Shown: positions 1 through 7,945 of the stretch, piece after piece
Numbering within the stretch: position 1 is the stretch's first letter
Layout: each line of letters opens with the position of its first letter
From: Ignicoccus pacificus DSM 13166
Lineage (GTDB): Archaea; Thermoproteota; Thermoprotei_A; Sulfolobales; Ignicoccaceae
Reading direction: 5' to 3'
Length of the DNA: 32,000 nucleotides
NCBI GenBank assembly: GCA_025340205.1
Contig: CP006868.1
Span: 1,020,001 to 1,052,000 of the forward strand
The notes under the pieces: generated by a model
Told to the model about the DNA's origin: nothing
The model's input: only the letters and a program-made list of their open reading frames with translations
Database searches by the model: none
Made by a program: the position numbers and the translations under genes

Positions 1-618
1 CCTTTGGCTATTTACGTATCAGGCGGAAGCACGATGATCTCTGCGCCAGCGATAAAGAGGTACAGAGTGTACGGGGAGACCCTTGACATAGGTTTGGGTA
101 ACTTGCTTGATACGTTTGCTAGAGAGGTGGGAATAGGTCCCCCCTTCGTTAAGAAAGGGGTTCACGTAGTTGAACTGTGTTCTGAGGGCGCTAAGGAGCC
201 TCTACTCTTACCTTATACCGTGCAAGGAGTGGACCTCTCCTTTTCAGGGTTGTTAACAGCTGCCTTGAAGGAGTGGAAGAAGGGCAAGAAGAAGGAGGTC
301 TGTTACGGCCTATGGGAGATCGCTTATGATATGGTAGTTGAGGTAGGAGAAAGGGCGCTTGCTCATTCTAAATTAAAAGAAATAGTATTAGTAGGGGGCG
401 TGGCGGGATCCAAGAAGCTCCAAGAGAAGGTGCATTTAATGGCTCAAGAACATGGAGCTAGGTACAAGCCAATACCTTATGAATATGCTAGAGATAATGG
501 AGCTATGATAGCTTGGACTGGATTGAAATTATTTAAGTATGGAATAAGCATCACACCTCTTCAAGCTAGAGTTTACCAGAGATGGAGGCTTGATGAAGTA
601 ACTGTGCCATGGCTCTGA
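1..618 (+). CDS. kae1: tRNA N6-adenosine threonylcarbamoyltransferase Kae1 (Kae1/TsaD/OSGEP family), C-terminal ~200 aa; N-terminus lies outside the window
   Basis: The ORF is open to the window edge. Family-typical segments are IYVSGGST, GETLDIGLGNLLDTFAREVG, VLVGGVAGSKKL and RDNGAMIAWTG. There is no Bud32 fusion. Confidence 0.88.
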   Translation, partial: PLAIYVSGGSTMISAPAIKRYRVYGETLDIGLGNLLDTFAREVGIGPPFVKKGVHVVELCSEGAKEPLLLPYTVQGVDLSFSGLLTAALKEWKKGKKKEVCYGLWEIAYDMVVEVGERALAHSKLKEIVLVGGVAGSKKLQEKVHLMAQEHGARYKPIPYEYARDNGAMIAWTGLKLFKYGISITPLQARVYQRWRLDEVTVPWL

Positions 619-686
619 GGGAATTAAAAAGATGATTGAGTGAATATAATAACTTTAGGAAACCACCTCCGCATCGGAGAAGTACA

Positions 687-1127
687 ATGAGGGACTTAAC
701 GAGGAAACTACAAGTGTTGACGTTACGAAAGAAAGGCTACAGTTACTCTGAAATTGGAAAGATCTTAGGGGTAACTAAGCAAAACGTACACTCCATAGAA
801 AAGAGGGCCAGAAAGCAGTTCGACGAATGTAAGTTTGCATATGAATTGCTTCACTGGGCGTTCGCAAAGGATTGTCTAATAGTAAAGAAGGGAGAGGACC
901 TACGTGAGGCGATAAAGAAGGTCCTAGAACTCGGAGATAAGTTAAACGTAAAGATAGTAGGTACTCTCGATGAAATATTAGGCTTCATAAAGGTTAGATT
1001 GGGAGACATAAAGGATAATGAGTTTGCTATTTGCATTATGGAAGATGGGAAGATAGAAGTAATAGGACCCCAAACCCTCGAGCACTTGCGTCAACTAAAT
1101 TTGATTGACTCTATTGGTAAAGCTTAA
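687..1127 (+). CDS. tfx: Tfx-family DNA-binding protein (N-terminal sigma-70 region-4-like HTH plus Tfx C-terminal domain)
   Basis: LTRKLQVLTLRKKGYSYSEIGKILGVTKQNVHSIEKRARKQ matches the Tfx HTH pattern, and the C-terminal V.KGEDL... segment also fits. ATG 687 is preferred over the upstream TTG at 636. Confidence 0.72.
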   Translation: MRDLTRKLQVLTLRKKGYSYSEIGKILGVTKQNVHSIEKRARKQFDECKFAYELLHWAFAKDCLIVKKGEDLREAIKKVLELGDKLNVKIVGTLDEILGFIKVRLGDIKDNEFAICIMEDGKIEVIGPQTLEHLRQLNLIDSIGKA

Positions 1128-1162
1128 GTATAGTCAATGGTATATGTCAAACCGGTGGGTTG

Positions 1163-1942
1163 ATGAGGCAGCAGAGGACCTTGATCATCCTTACGGGAGT
1201 GACCGTAGTCTTGGTTCTGGCTTTAGGAGCCCTCAGCTTGAGTTCATCCGACGAACCCACGTTCTACCTCGGAGCTGCCATGAAGAAGGCGTGGCAGCCG
1301 ATAGTTCAGCAATTCGAGAAGGAATACCACGTGAAGGTAAGGGCCATCTACGGTAGCTCTGGAGGACTCCTAAGCCAAATGGTCATGGCGAAGAGAGGCG
1401 ACATATACTCGCCGGCCACTCCTCCGTACATGGAAAAAGCTATCAAGGAAGGGGTCGTAGATCCAAGCACTGTAAGGGTAGTTGCTTGCTTGGCACCGGC
1501 GATACTCTATCCTAAGGGCAAGCACTACACCCTTCAAGATCTGCTGACCAAGAACGTGAAGATAGCTATGTGTAACACCGAGAACTGTGCCGTAGGGAAG
1601 TTCATAAAGCAAATGCTAGAGAAGGAGGGACTTTGGGACAAGATAAAGAAGAAGGTGGTAGTTTACACCGAGAACTTCGCCAAGTTAGTGAGCTTATTGT
1701 ACATGGGAGAGGTAGACGCAGCGCTAGGATGGAACATAGCTAAGTACTGGTATCCGAACAAGATAGATGCTACTATACTGAAGGGACCTATGCCCTACAA
1801 GCCTTGTATGACCATAGCTATATCAAAGTTCTCAAAGCACAGGGACATAGCGCAGAAGTTCATTGAATTCTTGAACAGCACCTATGCCAAGTACATCATA
1901 TTCCAGAAGTACCACTACCTGAGGCCGGGTGCTCTAGGTTGA
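1163..1942 (+). CDS. ABC transporter substrate-binding protein, molybdate/tungstate (ModA-like) family, with N-terminal membrane anchor or signal
   Basis: An N-terminal hydrophobic segment (TLIILTGVTVVLVLALGAL) is followed by the ModA-like YGSSGGLLSQM...GDIYSPA motif and CAVGKF. It lies 35 nt after tfx, and its stop overlaps the permease start (TGATG). Confidence 0.72.
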   Translation: MRQQRTLIILTGVTVVLVLALGALSLSSSDEPTFYLGAAMKKAWQPIVQQFEKEYHVKVRAIYGSSGGLLSQMVMAKRGDIYSPATPPYMEKAIKEGVVDPSTVRVVACLAPAILYPKGKHYTLQDLLTKNVKIAMCNTENCAVGKFIKQMLEKEGLWDKIKKKVVVYTENFAKLVSLLYMGEVDAALGWNIAKYWYPNKIDATILKGPMPYKPCMTIAISKFSKHRDIAQKFIEFLNSTYAKYIIFQKYHYLRPGALG

Positions 1943-2694
1943 TGAAGTCAGTTCCTATAATTCTCTCAATATTTGTTTTGCTAATACTCTCATCGCTTTT
2001 CATGATAACCAACCCTGTCTTAGTAATAGAGTCATTCTTCTCTAAGGAGGTATTATTCGCTCTCTACTTGAGCGTTGTTACTGCGACCTTAGCAACCATA
2101 TTGGCCTCACTGATAGCCATTCCTACAGCTTATTCCTTAGCTAAGAACGAGGACTTGGGAAAGTGGGTTGAGCCTCTGTTGACCCTCCCAGCCTCGATTC
2201 CTCCGGTGGCAGTAGGCGCCACGCTGTTGCTCTTCTTTACGAACAATCCTATTGGGGGGATGCTTAATCAATTATTCAACATAGTGTTCAACGTACCCGG
2301 CTTAGTGGTGGCCCAAGCCTCCGTAGCCTTCCCCTTCGTTCTAAGAACATTGAAGTCATCGTTCAAGATGTTGGACGAGGATTTGGAAATAATATCAAGG
2401 GTCTACGGATGCACTGGAGTGTGCATGTTCAAGGAGGTCCTCTTACCGGCGGCAAAGCCAGGGCTAAAGGAGGGTTCCATATTGGCCTTTGCAAGAGCCT
2501 TGGGAGAGTTCGGTGCCTCCGTGACCCTCGCTGGGGCAATAAGATTTAAGACAGAGACGTTACCCATAGCAATTTACCTTAACTTGAGTTCAGGTGATAT
2601 ACCAAAGCTCATATCATTGATCGTGATCTCGATAATAGTTTCAATAACAGTCTTGAGAATAGGAGGTGAGCTCGGTGCTGCTGAAAGTGAGTGA
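1942..2694 (+). CDS. ABC transporter permease (ModB/CysTW-like)
   Basis: Multi-TM protein with an EAA-like loop (FARALGEFGASVTLAG). It overlaps the stop of the upstream gene by 1 nt and overlaps the ATPase start. Confidence 0.8.
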   Translation: MKSVPIILSIFVLLILSSLFMITNPVLVIESFFSKEVLFALYLSVVTATLATILASLIAIPTAYSLAKNEDLGKWVEPLLTLPASIPPVAVGATLLLFFTNNPIGGMLNQLFNIVFNVPGLVVAQASVAFPFVLRTLKSSFKMLDEDLEIISRVYGCTGVCMFKEVLLPAAKPGLKEGSILAFARALGEFGASVTLAGAIRFKTETLPIAIYLNLSSGDIPKLISLIVISIIVSITVLRIGGELGAAESE

Positions 2695-3313
2695 CTTAAG
2701 ATATAGCTATAAGAACAAGGAGGTATTAAAGGGAATTAGTTTCAAGCTGGCTAAAGGAGAGAGATTGGTGATAGTGGGTCCTAATGGAGCGGGGAAGAGC
2801 ACCTTACTCAAGGTCCTAATAGGAGCCAGGAAGGGAGAGGGGAGGATAGTGATGTGTGACTTAGTGGTGCAAGACGAGAAGATCTTCATACCTATAGAGA
2901 AGAGATGCGCTGCTTACGTCCCTCAGGGAAGCGGGGTCTTCCCCCATAAGACCGTACTCGAGAACCTGAGGATTGCTGGAAAGGAGAGGGACGAGAGCGA
3001 GTTAGTAGAAATGGCGAGAGTGCTGGGATTAAGGGAACTAGACGTTAAGGCCGGAAAGCTCTCCGGTGGACAGAAGAGAAGGCTAGCCATAGCTATGGCC
3101 TTAGTTAGCAACAAGAAGATAATTCTGCTCGACGAGCCTCTGGGAGCTGTAGATCCAGCGTCTAGAGGTGAGATAGTCGACGTTATCAAGGAACACACAA
3201 GAGACAGGGGTGTAGTATGGGTCACCCACTTGAAGGACGTAGTGGAAAGGGTTGGGGGCAGGGTTTGTAAGATGGAGGGAGGAAAGCTCTTGGACTGTGA
3301 GGAAGAGCTTTAG
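2666..3313 (+). CDS. ABC transporter ATP-binding protein (short form, no C-terminal TOBE/regulatory domain)
   Basis: Walker A GPNGAGKST, signature LSGGQKRRLAIAMAL, Walker B ILLDEP. An alternative GTG start at 2675 lies behind the SD GGAGGTGA (2662-2669). Confidence 0.88.
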   Translation: MSSVLLKVSDLRYSYKNKEVLKGISFKLAKGERLVIVGPNGAGKSTLLKVLIGARKGEGRIVMCDLVVQDEKIFIPIEKRCAAYVPQGSGVFPHKTVLENLRIAGKERDESELVEMARVLGLRELDVKAGKLSGGQKRRLAIAMALVSNKKIILLDEPLGAVDPASRGEIVDVIKEHTRDRGVVWVTHLKDVVERVGGRVCKMEGGKLLDCEEEL

Positions 3314-3349
3314 GACTGAACCGTGATGACGGATCAACCGTCCGAGTCC
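3292..3349 (+). ncRNA. Candidate C/D-box sRNA (2'-O-methylation guide)
   Basis: Layout: GGAC-t-GTGAGGA (3297-3303), 12 nt, CTGA (3316-3319), acc, GTGATGA (3323-3329), 12 nt, CCGA (3342-3345), GTCC. The box order is canonical, both spacers are 12 nt, and a 4-bp terminal stem is present. The D guide CGGAUCAACCGU pairs with CGGUUGAUCC, the 16S 5' end. Confidence 0.5.
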
Positions 3350-3804
3350 GTTATCTTGATCAAGCAGTCGTTTCCATACCTTCCGCAACTTTCTACCTTC
3401 ATAGTGAGGGTGGCGCCAAGGACGCCGTACCTTCCAGAGGGAGCTATTACCTTAACCTTCTTTCCGCTGAGACCCTCTACCAACCCTGCGCATAGCGCTA
3501 TCGGAAGGACGCACTTGTTTGGAGTTAGAGATTTAATGTTTGCTAATGGACAAGATTTCAGCTTTATCTTAATTTCCTTGTAGTCCTTCTCACAACTCAC
3601 AAGATGATCTCCATAGAGTTTCTTGGCGATATCGCAGAAGTCCCCCTCCTCCATCTCTTTTGCGTAATCCCTACCGACCTCTTTGAATGTCTTGAACAGT
3701 AGTTGCTTTGCCGAAACGTCGCCGATGATCATCGAGAGCTTGTCTAAGAGGGCCTCTAAGACCCCTCTCTCGATCATTCCGAAGAGATGAGCTTCGCTGG
3801 ACAT
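3334..3804 (-). CDS. V4R-like (4-vinyl reductase domain) small-molecule-binding protein, hypothetical
   Basis: The C-terminal pattern C...G.VEG...ESCGRYGNDCLIKI resembles the V4R C-terminus. It is similar in layout to the ORF at 18525-19046. Confidence 0.45.
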   Translation of the reverse strand: MSSEAHLFGMIERGVLEALLDKLSMIIGDVSAKQLLFKTFKEVGRDYAKEMEEGDFCDIAKKLYGDHLVSCEKDYKEIKIKLKSCPLANIKSLTPNKCVLPIALCAGLVEGLSGKKVKVIAPSGRYGVLGATLTMKVESCGRYGNDCLIKITDSDG

Positions 3805-3926
3805 GCTCCATCCTCTCTTCTAACTTGTCTCCAATTTAAGAATGCACAAGTATCTGTCAACACTCTTGTAAACTCAGCAAAAACTAATTTGGAAGTTCTT
3901 GACCTAGAGGGGGAGAGGGCAAAGAG

Positions 3927-5066
3927 TTGCAGTTCCTCCATCTAGCTGACGTGCATCTAGGGAAGAGGCAGTACGGCTCCTATGAAAGGGAGAAGGACTT
4001 CTATAATGCCTTCAACGAAAGCGTGGAAATAGCTTTAAGAGAAAAGGTTGACGCCTTCGTCGTTTCAGGGGATCTCTTTGACACTCCAGTTCCTTATCAC
4101 GGAATGGAACCCATAGAGGTAGCGCTGAGAGGCTTTCGGAAACTCAAGGAAGCGGGAATAGAGGTAATAGTGATACCGGGCGACCACGATGCTCCGAAGA
4201 AGGTTGGAAAGCCCTCCATACTTTTCGTAAGGGAGTTCGGTGGAGCGAAGGTTTTGGTTGGAGAAGACGCGATAAGGGGAATAGAAGTAAAGGGGGTCAA
4301 GTTCTACGGAATCCCGGCCTTCAATCCGTACAGGAGCAGCGAAAGGGAACAAGTTAAGAAGCTAATGAAGATATTGGCAAAGAAAGCGGACAAGAAATCG
4401 GTATTGGTGATGCATGTAGGGATTTGTGATATTCTGCCCTTCTCATGTATAGAAATGGAGGAATTACCTAAGGGCTTTGGGTATTACGCAATGGGACACG
4501 TTCACAAGAGCTATCACAAGTACTATTCCGGTTCTCCTCTGGTTTATCCAGGATCCTTGGAGGTAGTCTCAAAAGACGAGATAGTTGATATAAATAACAA
4601 AGGACCAGTTCTTGTAGACGCTAGCGACGACTTCAGCTTCCAGAAGATAAGGATCAAGGTGAGGCCACAGTTCATAGTTTTCGTGAGGGGTAGCGGGTTA
4701 AAGGCCTTAAGCGAGGTTGACAAGCAGATAGCTCAGATACCCCCTCGTTCGGTCATCCACTTGGAAGTAAGTGAGGAAGCCAAGCCATTCCTCGAGGCTA
4801 TTGTTAGGAAAGTCAAGGAGAAGAGAGATCCATTAATATTGAGAATAAATGTAATAACGAAGAAAAAGAAAGTAGATGAGCCGAAGAAGAGCGTTCCGAA
4901 GGGCGTCGGAATCTTGGAGGCCCTCAAGGAGATATATGGAGAGAAGCTGGGCGAGAGAATATACAAGCTAGTGGAAGCCGGCATGGTTTCCAAGGATGAG
5001 GCCTACAAGGAACTCATTGAGCTATTTGAGAGCGGACTTTGGAGTAGAGCTCGACGTGCTTCTTAG
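3927..5066 (+). CDS. mre11: Mre11/SbcD-family metallophosphoesterase (DNA repair nuclease-like)
   Basis: Ordered phosphoesterase motifs LADVHLG, SGDLFD, PGDHD, LVMHVG and MGHVH. TTG start. No rad50, herA or nurA gene is adjacent. Confidence 0.72.
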   Translation: MQFLHLADVHLGKRQYGSYEREKDFYNAFNESVEIALREKVDAFVVSGDLFDTPVPYHGMEPIEVALRGFRKLKEAGIEVIVIPGDHDAPKKVGKPSILFVREFGGAKVLVGEDAIRGIEVKGVKFYGIPAFNPYRSSEREQVKKLMKILAKKADKKSVLVMHVGICDILPFSCIEMEELPKGFGYYAMGHVHKSYHKYYSGSPLVYPGSLEVVSKDEIVDINNKGPVLVDASDDFSFQKIRIKVRPQFIVFVRGSGLKALSEVDKQIAQIPPRSVIHLEVSEEAKPFLEAIVRKVKEKRDPLILRINVITKKKKVDEPKKSVPKGVGILEALKEIYGEKLGERIYKLVEAGMVSKDEAYKELIELFESGLWSRARRAS

Positions 5067-6183
5067 CCACCTTGTCCGCCGAGGTGTAGTAGGCGTAAGC
5101 TAGCGCCCAAGGGTTACATCTGTTCCCTTTCAGCAGCTCTTCGAAAGCCCTTCTCAACGCTTCCTTCATCGTTTCTAGGGGATTCTCGAATTTGAACGGA
5201 TAGAACGCCTTCGGGAAGTTCTTCACGTCTCCTATCTCGGGAACCACGATGTGTTTTCCGCAGACCAAGGAGTCGTGAAGTATCCCGGAAGCCTCTTGAG
5301 TTGGATCGGAATAAGGTAAGAGGACCACGTCGGAGGAGCAAGCTCTCTCTATGAGTTCCCTCTTATCCATGAATTGTTCAATTACGTTGATCCTTAGTCC
5401 TAACTTTTCTGTGTATTCGTTTACTTGCTCCGCAAACTCTTTGATGTACTCGAACCATATCTTTCCATCCTCGTTTTGATAAGTGCCTATTATGGTGTAC
5501 TCCACCGGATGCTCAAAGCCCTCCTTTTTTAACATAACCAAGGCATGAATGGCCCAATCATACCTTTTGGTAGGTCTCAAGAAGCCCGGCGTTATCACCC
5601 TAATGGTCTTAGGAACTTCCCTCTTCTTCCCGCACTGTCTCGCCTTCTCCAGGACGGCCTCACTTGGGGTTGGAGATAAGTGGGGTATGAACTCTGTCTT
5701 CGCCTTAGCCCAGTCCGGCAACAGCTCGTATCCTCTGACGGTATGCACTATCAGCTTGTCCGAGAATAAGACTGGCATGAAAGGTGAGAGAGCACTTATG
5801 ATGAGACCTCTTATGGCTTCCCAAGGTTTCTCCTTGCTATAGGGAAGGCCGAATTGGATATAGTTCGTAAGAGCTTGGGAGGGCGTGAGCACGGTGTGTA
5901 AGGTAGTTATGTGGAACTTCCTTAGGGTCTTGAGGATGGTATAATAGAGCAGCTGCGTCCATCCGAAGTGACCCTTGAAGAGGCCGAACTCGTGTTGGGT
6001 GTGGACTATATCCCCCCTTCTAGCGCATAAGGCGGCCTCTACCGAGTCCTCGTACCTCTGGTTCTTTAAATCACAGATGCTTACATTGACTCCGAACTTC
6101 CTCAGCCAGCCCACTAAGACGTCTCCGTACATCTTTATACCGCATTTCTTCCTGCTGTAGTCATATACCATCGCTACCTTCAA
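5014..6183 (-). CDS. Glycosyltransferase, GT4/GT1 (GT-B fold) family
   Basis: 389 aa. The C-terminal half carries the typical VVLLPY...E.SG....S...G..VV motif (EX7E-like region). Its 3' end overlaps the Mre11-like ORF by 53 nt, convergently. Confidence 0.78.
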   Translation of the reverse strand: MKVAMVYDYSRKKCGIKMYGDVLVGWLRKFGVNVSICDLKNQRYEDSVEAALCARRGDIVHTQHEFGLFKGHFGWTQLLYYTILKTLRKFHITTLHTVLTPSQALTNYIQFGLPYSKEKPWEAIRGLIISALSPFMPVLFSDKLIVHTVRGYELLPDWAKAKTEFIPHLSPTPSEAVLEKARQCGKKREVPKTIRVITPGFLRPTKRYDWAIHALVMLKKEGFEHPVEYTIIGTYQNEDGKIWFEYIKEFAEQVNEYTEKLGLRINVIEQFMDKRELIERACSSDVVLLPYSDPTQEASGILHDSLVCGKHIVVPEIGDVKNFPKAFYPFKFENPLETMKEALRRAFEELLKGNRCNPWALAYAYYTSADKVAKKHVELYSKVRSQIAQ

Positions 6184-6224
6184 TGCGCATACCTAAGGAT
6201 AACGACGTAAGGGAGTAAGAAAAG

Positions 6225-6707
6225 TCATAGCTCCTCTTCCCACCACTCCTCGGAACCCTTCAACAGCTCGTTGTAGACTGAGTCCGGAGGGGCATAGGTG
6301 GGAACTATTCCCAACTTCTGCATTACGGTATCTATGAAGTCCTTCTCGGCTACTCCAAGCAATGGAGCGTAGGGTAAGTATTCCACATATCTCGAGAGGA
6401 AAGCCCTAGCTCCATCTATGTTCCCCTTATCAACCATACCCTTTACGGTGTTTACGACGTCCCTCAGCACTCTGGCCACATCTCTTAGCGCCTTCTTTCC
6501 TTGAGGGGTTAGCTCCAAGTACAAATCGCTTCCGAAGAGCTTCCACCTCCTCTTAACGTTAACGTACCCTTTATCGACTAAGTCCTCCACTATGTCGTTC
6601 ATCATGTCTACGTCTACGTCTAGCAACTTAGCTATTTCCTTTACCGTATATCCGCTGTCGCTCAATATTAGGACCAGCAGCTCTAGCGGGGTTACGCCGA
6701 AGACCAC
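6225..6707 (-). CDS. Winged-helix (MarR/TrmB-like) DNA-binding protein
   Basis: N-terminal LELLVLILSDSGYTVKEIAKLLDVDVDMMNDIVEDLVDKGYV fits an HTH plus wing. GTG start. Confidence 0.55.
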   Translation of the reverse strand: MVFGVTPLELLVLILSDSGYTVKEIAKLLDVDVDMMNDIVEDLVDKGYVNVKRRWKLFGSDLYLELTPQGKKALRDVARVLRDVVNTVKGMVDKGNIDGARAFLSRYVEYLPYAPLLGVAEKDFIDTVMQKLGIVPTYAPPDSVYNELLKGSEEWWEEEL

Positions 6708-6718
6708 AGCGTTACACC

Positions 6719-7294
6719 TCAGAGAACTCTAATCTCATCCCTCTTCATGAATACATACACAGCTGTTACTGACACAGTTATCATTACAGCAGTCAGGAAG
6801 GCCCTGACGGCCGGAGGGGCGGGATCCACTATGAATGGTACTAACTGAAGTGCTTGAGGAGTTGGCTTGAGCGATACTTGCTCAGCTACATCCTTGAAAT
6901 ACTCCTCATAGACTATCACGTTCTTGTAAGCACAGACGGTATATTCTATTCCGTCTTGCTGAACCAAATACTTGTCACAAGGTATGATCCCATTGGGGAA
7001 CCCTAGGGCACCGGGACCTACGTACTTCCCCGTGGGAGTAAATGCTAGGAACTTCGCTGGAGGGTTGAGGAGCGCTTGAAGTGCTGCGCAAGCTTGAGGA
7101 GAGCAGTAGTAAGTGGGGTTCTGTATCCAGTTAAAGGATGACATGAAGTCTATGCCGTTGAAGCGGACGGTGTAAATGCCATATCCTAAAGCGGTTCCAC
7201 TAGGATCCAAGACTAGTACGTAATACTCTAAGGAAACTGGTGGAAGCGCCAACGCTAAGGAAGCTAGCGCTAGCAGAACCGCCAGTCTTCTCAT
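6719..7294 (-). CDS. Secreted or membrane-anchored hypothetical protein (signal peptide plus C-terminal TM)
   Basis: From ATG 7294 the N-terminus MRRLAVLLALASLALA looks like a signal peptide. The C-terminal segment AFLTAVMITVSVTAVYVF is followed by KRDE. The maximal ORF starts at TTG 7330. Confidence 0.5.
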   Translation of the reverse strand: MRRLAVLLALASLALALPPVSLEYYVLVLDPSGTALGYGIYTVRFNGIDFMSSFNWIQNPTYYCSPQACAALQALLNPPAKFLAFTPTGKYVGPGALGFPNGIIPCDKYLVQQDGIEYTVCAYKNVIVYEEYFKDVAEQVSLKPTPQALQLVPFIVDPAPPAVRAFLTAVMITVSVTAVYVFMKRDEIRVL

Positions 7295-7326
7295 AATTAC
7301 TACCGGGAGGATAGGAAAAAGAGGAC

Positions 7327-7872
7327 TCAAGAACTCTTCTGTTGATACCTCTCGATAGCGGCCCTTATCCTCTTGTAGGCTTCCTCCTTAGGGAGCCACT
7401 CCCTTATCTTAACCCACTTGCCGGGCTCGAGCTCCTTGTAGTGCTCGAAGAAGTGCTTTATCTTGTCCTTGATTATGTCAGGTATGTCGTCAACATCCTT
7501 GTAATCCTTAAATCTGGGATCCACCTTCTCGACGGGTACAGCTATTATCTTGCTGTCGGGTCCCTCCTCGTCCTCCATAACCAGAACTCCGATGGGTCTA
7601 GCCTTGAGGTAAGTGCCGGGGAAGAACGGCTCGTGGCTTAGCACAAGGACGTCGACGGGATCTCCGTCCTCCTCCAGGGTAGCGGGTATGAATCCGTAGT
7701 TGAAGGGATAATACATGGCAGTGTAGAGCACTCTGTCAACCTTAATCAGACCAGTGTCCTTGTCCATCTCATACTTAACGTAACCACCCATGGGTATCTC
7801 GATAACTACGTTAACTACCTCCGGGGCGTCCTTGCCCGGACCAAGCTTCTCTACGCTCATGGCTCTTCCCAT
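7327..7872 (-). CDS. ppa: Inorganic pyrophosphatase, family I
   Basis: [46 protein letters not shown] and DSKIIAV are classic family I PPase motifs. Confidence 0.95.
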   Translation of the reverse strand: MGRAMSVEKLGPGKDAPEVVNVVIEIPMGGYVKYEMDKDTGLIKVDRVLYTAMYYPFNYGFIPATLEEDGDPVDVLVLSHEPFFPGTYLKARPIGVLVMEDEEGPDSKIIAVPVEKVDPRFKDYKDVDDIPDIIKDKIKHFFEHYKELEPGKWVKIREWLPKEEAYKRIRAAIERYQQKSS

Positions 7873-7945
7873 CTAATCGCTTAGGGTTAGAGCAATATGA
7901 GCTGATATGAGCGGTTTAGAGAATATATGAACGTGGTCAAGAAAC

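Noticed and set aside
591-640. TGATGA (591-596), CTGA (615-618) and GATGATTGA (631-639) at the kae1 3' end looked like C/D boxes.
   Set aside because: The spacer from the C box to CTGA is 18 nt, not ~12. There is no terminal D box and no terminal stem. The first box lies in coding sequence with a poor first position.
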